Virus record (IMG/VR): IMGVR_UViG_2894787282_000001
Span: 32,001 to 96,000 of that record
DNA length: 64,000 nt
Source: a virus
Lineage: Duplodnaviria > Caudoviricetes
Strand: one strand, 5' to 3'
Below are positions 1 through 8,878 of this stretch, one piece after another. The position numbers were made by a program, and so were the translations under genes. The notes beneath the pieces were generated by a model. That model was not told the DNA's origin. It worked only from the letters and a program-made list of their open reading frames with translations, and did no database searches. Position 1 is the stretch's first letter. Every line of letters starts with the position of its first letter.

Positions 1-43
1 GGCTGGCGAGACGTCGCACTACGTGCGACGCCGCGATATTACA

Positions 44-487
44 TCAGATTTCGTTAGAGTGCAAACGCTGCCTCAGCTCGCAGCCCATCAGCGGCCAGAT
101 TTGCTCGATGGCGTGTTTCCTTGCCTCGACACGGCCAGTCTCTGCGCTGTGCTGCGCTGGGTCGATGGCGCCGTAGTTGATGCCGACAATCTTGGTGCTG
201 TTGCGCAGGATCAGGACGCAGAAGGTCAGGAGGCTTAGAGCTTCGTAGTCCTTAACTTCACCGATGGTTTGTCCTTCCGCCATCTCTCCACCAATCACGC
301 CTTCCATAGCGGTGAAGTAGTGCTCGCTGGCAATGTTCGCCTCAATGCCCTCAGGCGTCACACGCGGCGCTGTCAGTCCTTTGGCTTGGATTTCTTGCTC
401 GATGGTTTGGTCTGCCTGAGCGATCATCGAGCGCGTGAATTCACGCGCAGCGTCGATATAGGGGTGGAGTGGTTGACTATGATTCAT
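44..487 (-). CDS. Phage Gp49/Sf6 gp66 family protein (possible Acb4-like nucleotide sponge)
   Basis: RVTP..IEA.I..EHYFTA...LTFCVL.LRN...G...AR..A...IWPLMG signature; paralog at 49702-50112. Confidence 0.75.
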   Translation of the reverse strand: MNHSQPLHPYIDAAREFTRSMIAQADQTIEQEIQAKGLTAPRVTPEGIEANIASEHYFTAMEGVIGGEMAEGQTIGEVKDYEALSLLTFCVLILRNSTKIVGINYGAIDPAQHSAETGRVEARKHAIEQIWPLMGCELRQRLHSNEI

Positions 488-496
488 AGGTTCTCC

Positions 497-1438
497 TTAC
501 ACGAGGTCGCCGCGCATGCGCTTGAGCGTAGCGGCGGGGATGGCCTTGAGGTCGTCGACAGTCTCCAGAACGTGCTTGCCGTCCTTCATGCCCAGCTTGT
601 CGCTGTCGAGGCCCACGTCGCGGGTGTCGGGTGGCGTGCGCAGTGCGGCGTCGACGGCCTTGGCCTTGGCGGCTTGGGTACGGTCGGCACCCTTGGCACC
701 TGCCAGCCCGCCAGCAGGCTTGTCGTCGGCCTTAACGGCTGGCTGAAACCGGGCCATGATGTCGGTAGTGGCTTTGACCAGCGCCTGCGACGGGCTCAGG
801 CGGTCGCGCGTGATGAGCTGGTTCTGCGCGGCCAGCACGAGGTCTACCAAGCCCTGGTCGAACGTGTCGCTGCCCTCCTTGAGCACCGGGTAGGTCTTCT
901 CCAGGCTCTCGATGGCCATCTCGACACGGATGCTCTCGCTGGCCTCTTCACGGCTGCGCTCGGAGATGCTGGTGCTCTCCTGGATGACGATCTGGCGGTT
1001 GATGCGGTCGATCTGGCTCTGCAGGTCCAGGCTCTTTTCCTCGTCGCCGTCAAGCCGCGCCTGGCTGTCCTGCTTGCGCAGCGCTACGAGCTGGGCTTCG
1101 AGGTCCGTCGCGGTGGCAGTGCGGCTGACCGTCTGCAGCTGCTTCTGCAGCTCAGCCACGGTGCGCTCTGCGGCCTCGCGCTTGTCGCGCTCTTTGGTCA
1201 CGGCCTCGTCGAAGCGTGCCTTGGGGATGAAGCGGCCCTTGTCGTCGCGCACAGCCTCGTCGCCCTTGGCCTCGTCGGTGACATCGGCGCCAGTGACCGC
1301 GACCTTCTTGTCAGCGACCAGCTGGTCTTCGAGCGTGATAGCTGTGCCGAGCGTGTCGTGGGCCAGCGTGTCGTCGTCCGCGTCGACGGTGGGGGTGAAC
1401 GTGTCGCCACGGTCGATGGTGTCTTCAGTGCCTGCCAT
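497..1438 (-). CDS. Putative capsid scaffolding protein
   Basis: Acidic N-terminus, IPKARFDE motif, coiled coil, directly downstream of portal. Confidence 0.6.
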   Translation of the reverse strand: MAGTEDTIDRGDTFTPTVDADDDTLAHDTLGTAITLEDQLVADKKVAVTGADVTDEAKGDEAVRDDKGRFIPKARFDEAVTKERDKREAAERTVAELQKQLQTVSRTATATDLEAQLVALRKQDSQARLDGDEEKSLDLQSQIDRINRQIVIQESTSISERSREEASESIRVEMAIESLEKTYPVLKEGSDTFDQGLVDLVLAAQNQLITRDRLSPSQALVKATTDIMARFQPAVKADDKPAGGLAGAKGADRTQAAKAKAVDAALRTPPDTRDVGLDSDKLGMKDGKHVLETVDDLKAIPAATLKRMRGDLV

Positions 1439-1440
1439 GC

Positions 1441-3969
1441 TTACTCCTTTGTGGTTGTGGGTGAACTCTCGCTCTTCTCCGCCTGCGCACGCTGTGCATA
1501 GGCGTTCTGCTCAGCCTGCTGCGCCTGCTGGGCGCGCCGGGCTTGGGCATCTTCTTGCTGAATCTGCTGCTTGAGTGCGTGCTCTTCGCGCATCTGCTGC
1601 AGCTTGATAGCCGCCTGCTCACGCTCGAACTGCAGCTTCTCCTGGCGCTCCTGGCGCTCCATCTCGAAGCGCTCGCGCTCGATCTGCAACTCCTGCTGGA
1701 GCTTGGCAGCTTCGCCGTTGTCGCCGCCTTGGGCCAGGTTCTGCGTCTCGACGGTCTCCTTCTCGGTGCGGGCCGTGTCGAGTGCACTCTTGGTGTGCTT
1801 CTCCTGCGCCTCGCCTTCGAGCTTGGAGACGTTGGCCTCCATCGCGCGCATTTCGAGCGCCTTCTTCTGCTGGGCCTCGGGGCTCTGGGCCTCGGCCTGC
1901 ATCTGCTTGACGATCTCGCCCCGGCGCATGAGGCGGCTGTTCTCGATGAGCACGTCGTCTGGGATGGCGATGCCCAGCTCCTTGAGGCTCTTGGCCTGCT
2001 CGAACTGGCTGTCTTCGAGCGTCGCGCGGTCTGGCTGTGCGGTGATGATGATGCCGTACTCGCCCAGCGTCAGGTCATTGATGATGGTGTCGGTGGCTGG
2101 GTCATACTGGTTGACAGTCAACGTCTGCGGCGAGTTGACCAGGTCGTTGCCGGTGATGTGGATGATGCGTTCCTCGGTGTAATACTCCTGCACCAGATCC
2201 AGCACGTTGCGCGCCAAGAAGTAGTCGGTGCGCTCCAAGTTGTCGAGCACGCGCACCAGGTTGGCCTGGCCGCTCTGGCGCTTGGCAGTGATGGCCTTGG
2301 CCGCGACGTCCTCACGGTCAAAACCTTGCATGCTGTCGCTCACGCCGCTGATGGACTTCATGTGTTCCTCAGCCTTGTAGCTGATGCGGTCCATGCCCTG
2401 TGGTATCGAGTTGGGGGTGATCTTCTTGACGTCTTTCTCGGTGTCGCCGTTGACCTCGATCACCAGGCCCGTCTTCGCCCCGCTCTGCTCCAGGTCTTCG
2501 ACCTCCATGTTGACAAGGGTGCCGGTCTTGACGATCCAGCCGCTGTTGGCGCTGGTGTTGATGACGTGCAGCTCCTGGCTGGAGGACTTGTTGAGCAGTT
2601 CCTGGCTACCGAGCAGGTTCTCGACCAGGCCGATGGTGCGCCCGTGGTGGAAGTGCGGGAAGTACGGCACAGGCGTGAAGTGCTTGTATGGCGACCAGTC
2701 GTCGTGCAGCACCACGTTGTCGGCAGTCACGGTCCAGCGGATGCGCTTGACCTTCTTCTTGAGCACCGTCAGTTGGCCCTGCGTGCGCTCCAGCAAGGCA
2801 GCGATGCGGTTGCGGTCCCAGCTCTCGGGTACCGGGCGGGCGTCGCCGGTCTGCACATCGACGAAGTGTTTTTGACTGTCGAGCTTGCGGTACTGACGCT
2901 CGACCGTGCGTATGTTGCGCCGGACGTGGGCGGTGTCGAGCAAGCCGTAGTAGCTGCCGGTGAGCTGGGAGCCTGCAAAGCGGTCGCGCACCCGTTCAAT
3001 GCTGTCATAGGCGTAGGGGAACAGGCTTTCCTCGCGCATCTTGAGGTAGTCAGCATCGTCCTGGTTGTACAGCGTGGCGATGTCCTGGTAGGTCAGCCAC
3101 TTGGTCACAAAGACGTCGTTCCACTCGTCCGGGTCGTACTGCTCGGCGTCGGGGTCGATGACCACGTTCTTGCCATTGAGGTTGGTGATGCGGACCTCGC
3201 CCTTGAGGTTGTCCGTGAAGTCAAGCCTCACGTCGTAGAAGCCACGGCTGCGGATGAAGCCGTCGGCAGCGACGTCTGAGCGCACCCAGTTGAGCTGGTT
3301 GCTCGCTGCGATCTGCGCCCAGACCTTCTGCAATGCGTCGGCCACCTCGCTGTTGGCACCCTCCCCCGCTGGGCGGTAAGACACCTCGTTGCGGTTGTAA
3401 ATCTGCTGCCCCATGATCGTTGAGACCGTAGAAATTATCTTGTTTATGGTCAAACTCGGTCGACGAGCAAGTTGCAGCGCGTTGAGGTCAGCCACATCCC
3501 ACTGGTCCCCCGCGAAGAACTTGTCGCATTTATCGGCTTTGGCCAGGAAGTCGTGGTGGCCGCGCTCCAAGCAGTTGTGACAGATCACCAGCCCGGTGTC
3601 GCCAAGCACGGCGAACCGCGAACGCGGACCACAGTTGACGATGTCGTAGACATCTTGCGTGTGGCCTTCGCGGTACTCAACCCTGCGCCCAAGGGTCGGT
3701 AGTGCGTCCGCACGCACCCAGTTGCCTGCGGAGTCGAGCACCTCGTGCTCAGGCGTCATGAATACGCCGTCAACACCAACTGTGGCTTTACGACCTTTGG
3801 CAACAAGGCCGTCGTGGTTGACATACTCCACACCGTCAAATATGCGGTGGGTGCCCGTGATACGGTCGAGACGCACGTACCCGGCGTCGGTCAGTACAAG
3901 TGCGTCACCGGAGACGCAGTAGCGAAATCTGTACCAAATTTCGCTGGCAAGGGAGTCATTGACTGGCAA
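1441..3969 (-). CDS. Portal protein (N4/P22-like), intein-containing
   Basis: FFAGDQW...RP.LTINKI, WSPYKHFT.VPYF motifs, C-terminal coiled coil; TTG start at 3969 behind GGAGG. Confidence 0.88.
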   Translation of the reverse strand: MPVNDSLASEIWYRFRYCVSGDALVLTDAGYVRLDRITGTHRIFDGVEYVNHDGLVAKGRKATVGVDGVFMTPEHEVLDSAGNWVRADALPTLGRRVEYREGHTQDVYDIVNCGPRSRFAVLGDTGLVICHNCLERGHHDFLAKADKCDKFFAGDQWDVADLNALQLARRPSLTINKIISTVSTIMGQQIYNRNEVSYRPAGEGANSEVADALQKVWAQIAASNQLNWVRSDVAADGFIRSRGFYDVRLDFTDNLKGEVRITNLNGKNVVIDPDAEQYDPDEWNDVFVTKWLTYQDIATLYNQDDADYLKMREESLFPYAYDSIERVRDRFAGSQLTGSYYGLLDTAHVRRNIRTVERQYRKLDSQKHFVDVQTGDARPVPESWDRNRIAALLERTQGQLTVLKKKVKRIRWTVTADNVVLHDDWSPYKHFTPVPYFPHFHHGRTIGLVENLLGSQELLNKSSSQELHVINTSANSGWIVKTGTLVNMEVEDLEQSGAKTGLVIEVNGDTEKDVKKITPNSIPQGMDRISYKAEEHMKSISGVSDSMQGFDREDVAAKAITAKRQSGQANLVRVLDNLERTDYFLARNVLDLVQEYYTEERIIHITGNDLVNSPQTLTVNQYDPATDTIINDLTLGEYGIIITAQPDRATLEDSQFEQAKSLKELGIAIPDDVLIENSRLMRRGEIVKQMQAEAQSPEAQQKKALEMRAMEANVSKLEGEAQEKHTKSALDTARTEKETVETQNLAQGGDNGEAAKLQQELQIERERFEMERQERQEKLQFEREQAAIKLQQMREEHALKQQIQQEDAQARRAQQAQQAEQNAYAQRAQAEKSESSPTTTKE
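3574..3918 (-). mobile_element. 115-aa mini-intein in portal
   Basis: Starts CVSGDALV (block A), TPEH (block B), VYDI (block F), ends CHN followed by Cys+1; no endonuclease domain. Confidence 0.85.
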
Positions 3970-4693
3970 GATACACCTCCGGGTCAAATTTATTGCTCTT
4001 GCGACAGTTCTCGCTGCGCGTCAGTAGCTGCAGATTGGCAGGCACATGAAGCCCGCAAACGAGTTTGTGTTTGAGCGGGATGATGTGATCTACCGTCAAG
4101 TTCTGGCGATCAGCTTCTGTGTAGACGGCGTCAAGCTCTCTGCGATCCGCCCAGGCGGGGGTTGCGTGGCGTACCCGCTGGCGACGACGGGCTTTGGTCA
4201 ACTTGACTTTGAGGGGGTTGGCCTTCACCCAGGCCGCGTCGTTCTGAGCCTTTCGCTCTGGATTTGCGTCGCGCCAGGCTTTGGCCTGCGCAAGTACCGT
4301 TTCGCGGTTGGCTTTGAAGTACGCACGATCACCCGCCTTTTTCTTCTCGGGGTTGGCTGCAGCCCAGGCGCGTGTTTTAGCGCGAACAAGCTCAGCGTTG
4401 CGCCGGTTGTATTCAGCGGACTTCGCACGGCGCTTCTCAGGGTCTGCCAGATGTGCGGCTTTTGCCTCGGCGCTGATCCGCTCACGGTTCTCGGCGTACC
4501 AGGCATCTTTGTAGGCTTTGACCTCGACGGCATGCTCCTTGCGGTACTGAGCGTCGTATGCCTTCTTGGTAGCGCTCTTGTTCCATTCGGCCTTTGCAGC
4601 TTTGATCTTCGCGCGGTTTTTCGCCCGGTACGCACGGTCGTACGCAGCCTTGGCGTCTTTCCGTTCTGCTTCCGATGGCGTGGCGGTTTGCAT
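3956..4693 (-). CDS. Free-standing HNH endonuclease with repeated basic helical N-terminal region
   Basis: VDHIIPL...GLHVPANLQLL..EN..KSN; overlaps portal start by 14 nt. Confidence 0.88.
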   Translation of the reverse strand: MQTATPSEAERKDAKAAYDRAYRAKNRAKIKAAKAEWNKSATKKAYDAQYRKEHAVEVKAYKDAWYAENRERISAEAKAAHLADPEKRRAKSAEYNRRNAELVRAKTRAWAAANPEKKKAGDRAYFKANRETVLAQAKAWRDANPERKAQNDAAWVKANPLKVKLTKARRRQRVRHATPAWADRRELDAVYTEADRQNLTVDHIIPLKHKLVCGLHVPANLQLLTRSENCRKSNKFDPEVYLASQ

Positions 4694-4740
4694 GCGTACG
4701 AAGCCTCCGAGTGTGTGCGATGACGTTAGAGTTTATCAGA

Positions 4741-7404
4741 CTAAGCGGCCATGTGCGAGGCCCCGCCGCCGCGCAGCTGCTTCATCAGCTTGGTTTTCCA
4801 GCTCTCAGGCATCTTCGGTTTCGGTGGCCCCTTGGGTGCGGCGTGCGTCGTGGCCAGCCGCACGACGTGGGCCAGCGCGTCCACCTGGTCGTCGTGCTTG
4901 CCACCAGCCTGAAAGCGCAGCAGCTCCTTTTTGAACTCGGCGTACCACGGTGCCCGGCTGGGGAACTGGATCTTCTTCTGCTGCATGCGCCCGCGTGCGG
5001 GCTGGGCACGGGTGCGCTTGTCGGTCAGCGGTGTGATGACCTCGTACGACGGGTAGTGCTTGGCCATCTCGCACGCCTTGCTGAAGTTGGCCTTGATGGA
5101 CTTCCAAATCTGACCATCCTCCACCGCAATCTGGTCGGCGTTCCAGAGCTTGGCGTAGCTCTGGACGGCGGTGCCCAGCTCGATGCCGTCGTCTGTCTTG
5201 AAGCGCCAGACGTCGAGCACGTACATGTTGTCGTACTCGTCGACCAGAACGGTGATACCGACGGTGTAATCGCTCTTCTGGTTCTCGGTGATGGCAAAGT
5301 CCCACGCCTGGTAGACGATGCGCCCGTGGCGCTGTGGCGCGTGCACGTACTCGATGAACATGTCCTTGGTGAAGAACGAGCCATCCTCGGGTGTCGGGTT
5401 CTGCTGGTAGAGCGCCGCCCACCACCGCTGCTGACCAAGCGCGTAGTAGTTGGCCATGCGCTTCTTGAGCATCTCGAACGTGTAGCGCGCCGGATGCAGC
5501 GCACTGTTCATCAACCGGGTGAGCTTGGAACCCTCGGGCGGTGTGGTGCCGGGCGGGAACTGCTCGATGGTGTCGTCGGGCAGGATGTACTCGTCGCCCT
5601 GGTCGTTGATGGCTGGGTACTTGACGATCTCGAACGTGTCGCCGTCACCGGTGGCCATGACCTGCTGGATACGCCCTGCCCAGTCGTCCTCGTTCCACCA
5701 CGTATTGTGGCTCACCAAGCCGTTGGCAATGAAGTTTTCTGTGTCGTTTACTTGAACGTCGAAGACTTCCTCTACTCCGTCAAGCTCTACGCTTACCACG
5801 CGCTCCAGAGTGAAGTCGGAGATACCGAGCGGCGGCAAGTGCCACTGGCTCAGTAGCAAGGTGTCCGATTCCGGCATTGCAGTCGTTGCACAGGAGTCCT
5901 CGGACTTTTCCTGTGTCGTGACAATGGTCGACGGCGAGCTTGTGCTTCCAGTGAGCAGGCGAATTGCCCGCTTCAGCAGGCTTCCCACAAATCGCGCAGC
6001 AGCCTTTCTGGTGCTCGTACATGGCGTCGTAGTCCGCGTTTGTGATGCCGTATCGGTGTTTGAGACGCGCGTTGCGTCGTGGGATGGCATTGTCAGAGCC
6101 TGAACGGTGTCCATCTGCCCAGCGTTTTTTGGAATAGTGACTTGCGCAAAGTCCGCGGCACACGGCAGGCTGCTCGCACCCCTCGGCAGAGCACGTAACG
6201 CCTCGCCATTTGCCCCACTGCCCTTCACGGTTACGATTTTCAGGGCTGTAGTCAAGTTTTTCAGACGCGTCCACGATACCTCTCCGTTAGGTGCCACGGT
6301 CAGAAACGGGTGCCTCTGATTGGCTCTAACGATTCTACCAGAGTTCGTTAGAATTCTGTAGACTGAATCACGACGACTTGACTTTATAGCTGCGACAGTT
6401 GTGCGTGCAAGCGTTCCGCGAGCGTACGTGGCGATCTCGTCGGCAGGCTTGAGCGTGTCGAGCCTGCGCTGAGAGCCGTCAGCCATCAAAACAGGTGTGT
6501 CACCCGTCATGCACATGATGCCCAGCACGCCGCCACCGGGTGCGAGCCGGGTCAGTGCGGTGGACATGTACCACTCCCACACAGCGTCGCGGATGACCTG
6601 TGAGTCCGCAGCCTCGGCGTCCTTCACCGGGTCGTCGATGACCAGGATGTGTGCGCCGCGCCCAGTGATCATGGTGCCGATACCGGCTGCAAGGTAGCCG
6701 CCACCGTAGGTCGTGTTCCAGTTCTCGACGGACTGGCTGCTGGGGTCCAGGCGCATGTGCTCGAAGACACTCTGGTACGCCGGGTCGCGCACGAGGTCGC
6801 GGATGTACCGGCTGAAGCTCATGGCCAGGCTCTGGGCGCCCGAGGCGGCGATGATTTCCCAGTCGGGGTGCTTGCCCAGCACCCACGGGGCAAAGTGGCG
6901 GCTGGCGATCTCGCTTTTGCCGTGGCGCACAGGCATCATCAGCAGCAGTCGGGGCTCCAGACCGGCTTCGACATCAGCGACGAACTTCTCCAGGCGACGG
7001 CAAATGTCCTGGTGGACCCAGCCAGCGTCGTATTTGGGCCGGAATCGCTTGATAAACGCCAGCAAGCGGCGTCGGGCCAGGGTTCTGGCAGCGATTTCCT
7101 TCTCAACCCCGCTCAGTGGGCCGGGGGAGATGAAAACTTCGCCCGTAGAGGCGTTTTCGAGGCCCGGCGGGGGTGTTTGGGGGGTCTCTTCGGGCGGTAC
7201 AGCGGTGATCTTGAGGCTGGGCGTGCGCTTCTTGGGCGGCGGAGCTACCGGCTCGGGTGATTCGAGCGTGTTTTCGGCGTCTGCTGCGAGTTTTGCCAGG
7301 CAATCGGTGCACTCCGTGTCGTTGTCACGAGGGAATAGCGTCGGTGGCCGCTTTTCTCCGCAGTGCTTGCAGACAAACTTAGTGCTGCGTCTTGGGCTCG
7401 ACAT
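4741..7404 (-). CDS. terL: Terminase large subunit, intein-containing
   Basis: MPVRHGKSE Walker A, LVIDDPVKD Walker B, IM/TWWNEDD motif, YQQNP, AWDFA, HDDQVDA; ATG 7404 behind GGAGG. Confidence 0.93.
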   Translation of the reverse strand: MSSPRRSTKFVCKHCGEKRPPTLFPRDNDTECTDCLAKLAADAENTLESPEPVAPPPKKRTPSLKITAVPPEETPQTPPPGLENASTGEVFISPGPLSGVEKEIAARTLARRRLLAFIKRFRPKYDAGWVHQDICRRLEKFVADVEAGLEPRLLLMMPVRHGKSEIASRHFAPWVLGKHPDWEIIAASGAQSLAMSFSRYIRDLVRDPAYQSVFEHMRLDPSSQSVENWNTTYGGGYLAAGIGTMITGRGAHILVIDDPVKDAEAADSQVIRDAVWEWYMSTALTRLAPGGGVLGIMCMTGDTPVLMADGSQRRLDTLKPADEIATYARGTLARTTVAAIKSSRRDSVYRILTNSGRIVRANQRHPFLTVAPNGEVSWTRLKNLTTALKIVTVKGSGANGEALRALPRGASSLPCAADFAQVTIPKNAGQMDTVQALTMPSHDATRVSNTDTASQTRTTTPCTSTRKAAARFVGSLLKRAIRLLTGSTSSPSTIVTTQEKSEDSCATTAMPESDTLLLSQWHLPPLGISDFTLERVVSVELDGVEEVFDVQVNDTENFIANGLVSHNTWWNEDDWAGRIQQVMATGDGDTFEIVKYPAINDQGDEYILPDDTIEQFPPGTTPPEGSKLTRLMNSALHPARYTFEMLKKRMANYYALGQQRWWAALYQQNPTPEDGSFFTKDMFIEYVHAPQRHGRIVYQAWDFAITENQKSDYTVGITVLVDEYDNMYVLDVWRFKTDDGIELGTAVQSYAKLWNADQIAVEDGQIWKSIKANFSKACEMAKHYPSYEVITPLTDKRTRAQPARGRMQQKKIQFPSRAPWYAEFKKELLRFQAGGKHDDQVDALAHVVRLATTHAAPKGPPKPKMPESWKTKLMKQLRGGGASHMAA
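5704..6513 (-). mobile_element. 270-aa intein in TerL
   Basis: Starts CMTGDTPVLMADG, ANQRHPF (block B), EVFDVQV..TENFIANGLVSHN followed by Thr+1; interrupts the GIM/TWW motif. Confidence 0.92.
5780..6274 (-). CDS. Endonuclease VII-family homing endonuclease nested out of frame inside the TerL intein
   Basis: YGIT..DY..M...Q.GCCAIC...LAVDHCHDTGKVRGLLCNDCN core; N-terminal CxxxGC...GLCxxHY Zn motif; GTG start preceded by GGAGAGG. Confidence 0.85.
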   Translation of the reverse strand: MDASEKLDYSPENRNREGQWGKWRGVTCSAEGCEQPAVCRGLCASHYSKKRWADGHRSGSDNAIPRRNARLKHRYGITNADYDAMYEHQKGCCAICGKPAEAGNSPAHWKHKLAVDHCHDTGKVRGLLCNDCNAGIGHLATEPVALAAARYLRLHSGARGKRRA

Positions 7405-7831
7405 CCACGACCTCCTGTGTGGGGGCCATCTGCAGGGCAAGTAGCTCTTCGTCGGTCATGGCCTCGAACTTGGAACGCAGCCGCTGCTGGTTCATGTTCA
7501 CGTTGATGGTCTTGACCTCTGGCGCGTAGTGGCCCAGTATCTTGGCCACCTCGGTCCAGCCCTTGATCATGTTGCCCGAGTCACCCTGCATGCGGGCGCA
7601 GGCAATGCCGTCCAGAATGCCGTCGATCACGTCCACCCGCTTGATGGTGGTCAGGTCGGTGAGCTTCTCGCGGGCCTGGGCGATCTCAAGGCGGATAGCT
7701 TCGGAGATGTCTGGGGCGCTGGAGTTGGGATACCCCGCAGCGAGGGCCGACGCATGCCGTGACTTGCCCGTGAGCACGCCGTCGACGAAGGCGTTCTGCT
7801 TGGGGGTGAGGGCTGAGGGACGACGGGCCAT
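7379..7831 (-). CDS. terS: Terminase small subunit
   Basis: LTPKQ.AFV...G.S...SA.AAGY HTH-like N-terminus; overlaps TerL start. Confidence 0.75.
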   Translation of the reverse strand: MARRPSALTPKQNAFVDGVLTGKSRHASALAAGYPNSSAPDISEAIRLEIAQAREKLTDLTTIKRVDVIDGILDGIACARMQGDSGNMIKGWTEVAKILGHYAPEVKTINVNMNQQRLRSKFEAMTDEELLALQMAPTQEVVDVEPKTQH

Positions 7832-8060
7832 GGTTCGAGATTATAAGAGTCCGTGAGATTTATGTTAAGTGCTATGGAAATGAGAGCAAGGTCTGTGAAA
7901 ATTTTGAAAATTTTTATGGAGAACTTCGTGCTATGAAAAGGGGAGCGGGGTTCTGGGAAATGACGCGAACAAAGTCAAGCTGCCGACCCTCCCAGGGCTC
8001 GGAATTCCACCGCCCCACTTCGGATTCGGTTTCGTAGCAACCTTGGAGTCCCTTAACACC

Positions 8061-8133
8061 CAGCTTCGCAGAGCGAAGCTGAAAGACTCTTGGTTGTGTG
8101 GACGACGTGTTCATAACCAACTAGGAGTTAATC
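8061..8133 (+). promoter_or_regulatory. Two-hairpin leader element, copy 1
   Basis: CAGCTTCGC-AGA-GCGAAGCTG followed by AAGACTCTTGGTT...AACCAA..GGAG hairpin covering the RBS. Confidence 0.55.
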
Positions 8134-8328
8134 ATGGCTACATCACCCAAGACCCTTGCAAACATGACCGCTGCTGAACGTCTGGCGTTCTACCGCGAAG
8201 CAACCAAGAACCAGGCTGTCAAGCAGTCTGACACCAGCTTCGCTGAAACAGTCGGCAAGTTCGGCGCTGACAGTCGCAACTTCTTCACCAACGCACAAGC
8301 TGCGTACAAGTTCCACCGCATTCAGTGA
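8134..8328 (+). CDS. Small hypothetical phage protein
   Basis: AGGAG RBS; first gene of plus-strand arm. Confidence 0.65.
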   Translation: MATSPKTLANMTAAERLAFYREATKNQAVKQSDTSFAETVGKFGADSRNFFTNAQAAYKFHRIQ

Positions 8329-8512
8329 CACCACAGGGCCGCAAGGCCCTTGTGGCATTGCAACCTACGCATGGTGCGTCGGTGCTAACTAACAAGGAGT
8401 ACGTCATGGACGTCACTGAACTCACTCAGAGCATGGTCAGCTATCGCATCTACAACGAGCTTCGCGCCTTGGGCTACAGCCCGACGGCTGCGTGGAAGAA
8501 GGCGTATCAGCT

Positions 8513-8758
8513 ATGAACGGCTTCTTTGGTCATATAGATGCAGCACCGCTGTTCTACGGCCTGCTGCTGGCCATCGGCATCTTCAGCATGTTGCGCAAGC
8601 TGCTGAAGTTCGACCTCGGCACCCTCGCTGTTGAGGTCATCGTGTTCTATGTGGTGTTCAGCATGCACAAGGGCACGCTCACAGGCGGCATGTCCGCTGC
8701 CATCTGCGCACTGATCGTCGGGCTTGCCTTCAAGCTCGTGGTGCGCTGGTCTAAATAA
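8513..8758 (+). CDS. Small membrane protein (about 3 TM segments)
   Basis: Hydrophobic segments; ATGA overlap with upstream small ORF 8406-8516. Confidence 0.6.
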   Translation: MNGFFGHIDAAPLFYGLLLAIGIFSMLRKLLKFDLGTLAVEVIVFYVVFSMHKGTLTGGMSAAICALIVGLAFKLVVRWSK

Positions 8759-8878
8759 GGAGAACGCTATGCTTTTCGACAAACACTGGCTTGTTGACGT
8801 CGTAACAGAAGCCTGCCTCGTTGTGGTCTTCATCATCGAGCTTGTAGTGCTCATCATCGTCTGTGTTGTTTGACCACC

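Noticed and set aside
269-5856. Long plus-strand ORFs (269-1501, 1543-3279, 4675-5856)
   Set aside because: Antisense shadows of high-GC3 scaffold, portal and terminase genes; no motifs or RBS.
7405-7440. TerL N-terminal extension in the ORF track
   Set aside because: ATG 7404 has a GGAGG RBS; the upstream codons lie within terS.
8061-8081. N4 virion-RNAP hairpin promoter
   Set aside because: The triloop is not the template-strand GNA type and no vRNAP is visible in the window; kept only as a generic structured element.
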